From Magallana gigas (Eukaryota), in contig NC_088857.1 in assembly GCF_963853765.1 (NCBI RefSeq), positions 36,704,001 to 36,768,000 on the forward strand: 64,000 nucleotides of DNA. The letters run 5' to 3'. Below, piece by piece: positions 61,610 through 64,000 of the stretch (its first letter is position 1; each line of letters begins with the position of its first letter). The translations under genes were made by a program, and so were the position numbers. The notes under the pieces are model-generated. The model was not told the DNA's origin and ran no database searches. It saw only the letters and a program-made list of their open reading frames with translations.

Positions 61610-62450
61610 AACTAGAGCAAAGCTCGTTGCAAAGCAACGAGTGGGTTTTCCTTTAATGTCGAAAGTAACGCTAGAAGTACCTCTAAGAAGCAGAGTTCTT
61701 AATCTAGTAATAAAAATAACTTAAGTACAAAAGGATAAAAAAATCGAATGATTCTTGGTACGACTTAACAAAACCTGAATGGTATAAAGTATGAATTAAC
61801 AAAAAACCTTAACCATTTCAAGAACGACTTAACAAAAAATCCGAATGTGTTTAAGTACGACTTAACAAATTGATATAAACTACATTTAAGGTACAAGTTA
61901 ACTATTTTCTTAATCCAGAATGCAAAATTAAAATTTCTGTAAAAATCAATTTTTTAATGCTTATATCCCACATTCAATCGTCCAAATTAGAAATGGATTT
62001 CAGTTTTAAATTGAGGTTGATAAGCTCTTTCAGCATTTATGATTAATGACAAAATATTGCTCCGGAAAAAGTTAAGCTTTTGAGCCTTCCTAGCCCCTAA
62101 CTTGAGGGACCAGTCATATTTTTGATATCAAATAAAAGGTCTCGTAAATATAAACATATTTTGTTCAACAAGTGTTCAAGAATTGTTGACCGTTCAAGTT
62201 ATATCTGAAACACTGTGTTTTAGGGGCCGAACCCTTCAACTCCTTAACAGGGCCACCAACCAAAAATTTTGTTTAAAACATAATTCTGAGCAACTTTTCC
62301 TCTTCATTGCTTTTCAAAGGGTTGACCTTTCGTACTGTGTGCTTGTTGCATCATCAATTGTCAGAAACTTATTGATGTGTAGTTTTTCTTTATTATACCT
62401 CTGTGAATATTTTCTATGTAAAATTACAATGAACCAGACAACATTGAAAT
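61610..62450. mobile_element. Helentron-like element 3 (same family as element 2, one partial satellite unit)
   Basis: AACTAGAGCAAAGCTCGTTGCAAAGCAACGAG start. The interior parallels 59334-60050. Confidence 0.7.
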
Positions 62451-62459
62451 GGTGAACAT

Positions 62460-63400
62460 TTCAAAGCGCCCCGCTGATGTTATTTAAGAGAATTTTGCTT
62501 TGACGACCTATAACTTGAAATTTTTCCAGCTGGCATAGAACTTCTAGATCAATTTCATTCCCCCTAACATACAGGCATTTTTGTGCAATCTGACCAAGAT
62601 TAAGCATATCTTGGAAATAATCTACAGTCTAAAACTAATTTTAAAGAGATCTGCTATGACCTTCACATTGACTTGGTTCAAGGTCATTGTACGCCATTAA
62701 CCAATAAGCTCTGTTTAGGTAAAATATTAGCCAAATAGGGGCTTAAAGGAGAGTATATGTATGCTCTTAAAATATATGGATTTTTGTGTGATCTGATATG
62801 ACCTTGACATTTGATTTACAAATATCATTGGAGGTCCTTTGATCAAAGGCATCATGTGGGTGAAGTATGAGCCTGATTGGAGCAAAGGGAGAGAAGATAT
62901 ACTCCGGACAAGGATTTTTTTTTATATAATTCTGCTATGACCTTCACAGTTTACCTTGAAAATAGGTTCAAGGTCACTACACACCCTTTACTCAAAAGCT
63001 CTGCTTATGTGAAGTCTGAGCCAAATAGGGGTTAGTGGAAAGTATATAAGCTCTGAAAAAAGGATTTTTGCATAATCCGATATGATCTTCACCATTTACC
63101 TAGAAATTTCATTCAAGGTCACTGCACATCATTTAACCATAGAGACACTCTGTGAGTATTAGCCAGATTGGACCAAGGGGAGAGAAGATATGCCTCAGAC
63201 AGGATTTTATATATATAATTCTGCTATGACCTTAACCTTATACCTAAGAACATGGTTCAAGGTCACTGCACATCCTTTACCCAAAGGAACCCTGTGGATG
63301 AGGTATGAGCCAGATTGGGCCAAGGGGAGAGAAGCTATGCTCCGGTCAAGCAATCGCGGATGGACAGACGGACAAACTGATAACTAGAAGGTGCCCACAT
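62460..63400. mobile_element. Further HINE-like element with ~141-146-bp tandem subunits
   Basis: TCTG(C/A)TATGACC-like motif at about 62650, 62790, 62931, 63074 and 63220. It ends in the GGACAGACGGAC microsatellite. Confidence 0.65.
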
Positions 63401-64000
63401 AAACATGCTTTTTTATCTAATTTGAAATATTATCCATGCTATATGCCCATGGTGAATAGTCATCAAAACCATTCATCAGCAGAATTCGATTTCCCTCCTT
63501 TTTAAACTAGGAACACCTCTGACCTAATCAGATCGCTGCATTATATACAAAGTTTGATAACTCTAATTTGTTTATCATCAAGAAATTCTGTATCGCTGAC
63601 AAATAAAGTTTTCTTTGGTATAATAAAATACAAATTAACTGACTATTCGGACAATAGCAAGTTTATTGTCCCACTCCACAGCAACTATTTCCCTTGGCTT
63701 TGCCTCATGAAATAGTTGCTGTCTTGGGGGACAATAAACTTGCTATTGTCCTCATACCCAGTAAATAGGTATATACTATTCCATCCACCTACATTTCATG
63801 TTATATAACCTGTGTTTGTAACCTTCAATTTCACTGTGTAAAGTCAACACAACAGTCATAGCCGCAAGTTTCACAATTCATTTATTTACTGCTTCTCATG
63901 TACGGTACTTAAAATTAGGGGCCTTGATATTGCTTACCAATTCCAACAAGAGGGCCTTAATATTGCTTACCAATTCCAACAAGAGACATCCCTCTAAGTA

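Overview
AT-rich, repeat-dense animal genomic DNA with three short N gaps. It is most likely a bivalve (oyster-like); this is inferred from the repeat landscape and was not verified. I assembled the spliced genes by hand from GT-AG boundaries with consistent phases. Four belong to known families: a CD225/dispanin-family gene (-, 5234-6897), AARSD1/AlaX editing protein (-, 13 coding exons including an 18-nt microexon, 12090-18780), SDF2-like with C-terminal HDEL (+, head-to-head with AARSD1, 18996-21284) and PRL/PTP4A phosphatase (+, 31270-34880). Two are orphans: a His/Lys-rich type I membrane protein (+, 38184-40980) and a single-pass membrane protein with a repetitive Ser-rich tail behind an in-frame TGA (+, 46894-48569). 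A 3.6-kb block (35716-39300) recurs at 49171-55223 with reciprocal transposon insertions. The right end is a stack of Helentron-like non-autonomous elements carrying satellite arrays and a young 5'-truncated LINE. The best lead is a 31-codon uORF (MCNNVLFRSNFGHTYMEFVTNSGDYCQAQHV) that exists only after splicing across the 7.1-kb first intron of the PRL leader. It is a candidate invertebrate counterpart of the Mg2+-sensing uORF of vertebrate PRL mRNAs. No database searches were run.
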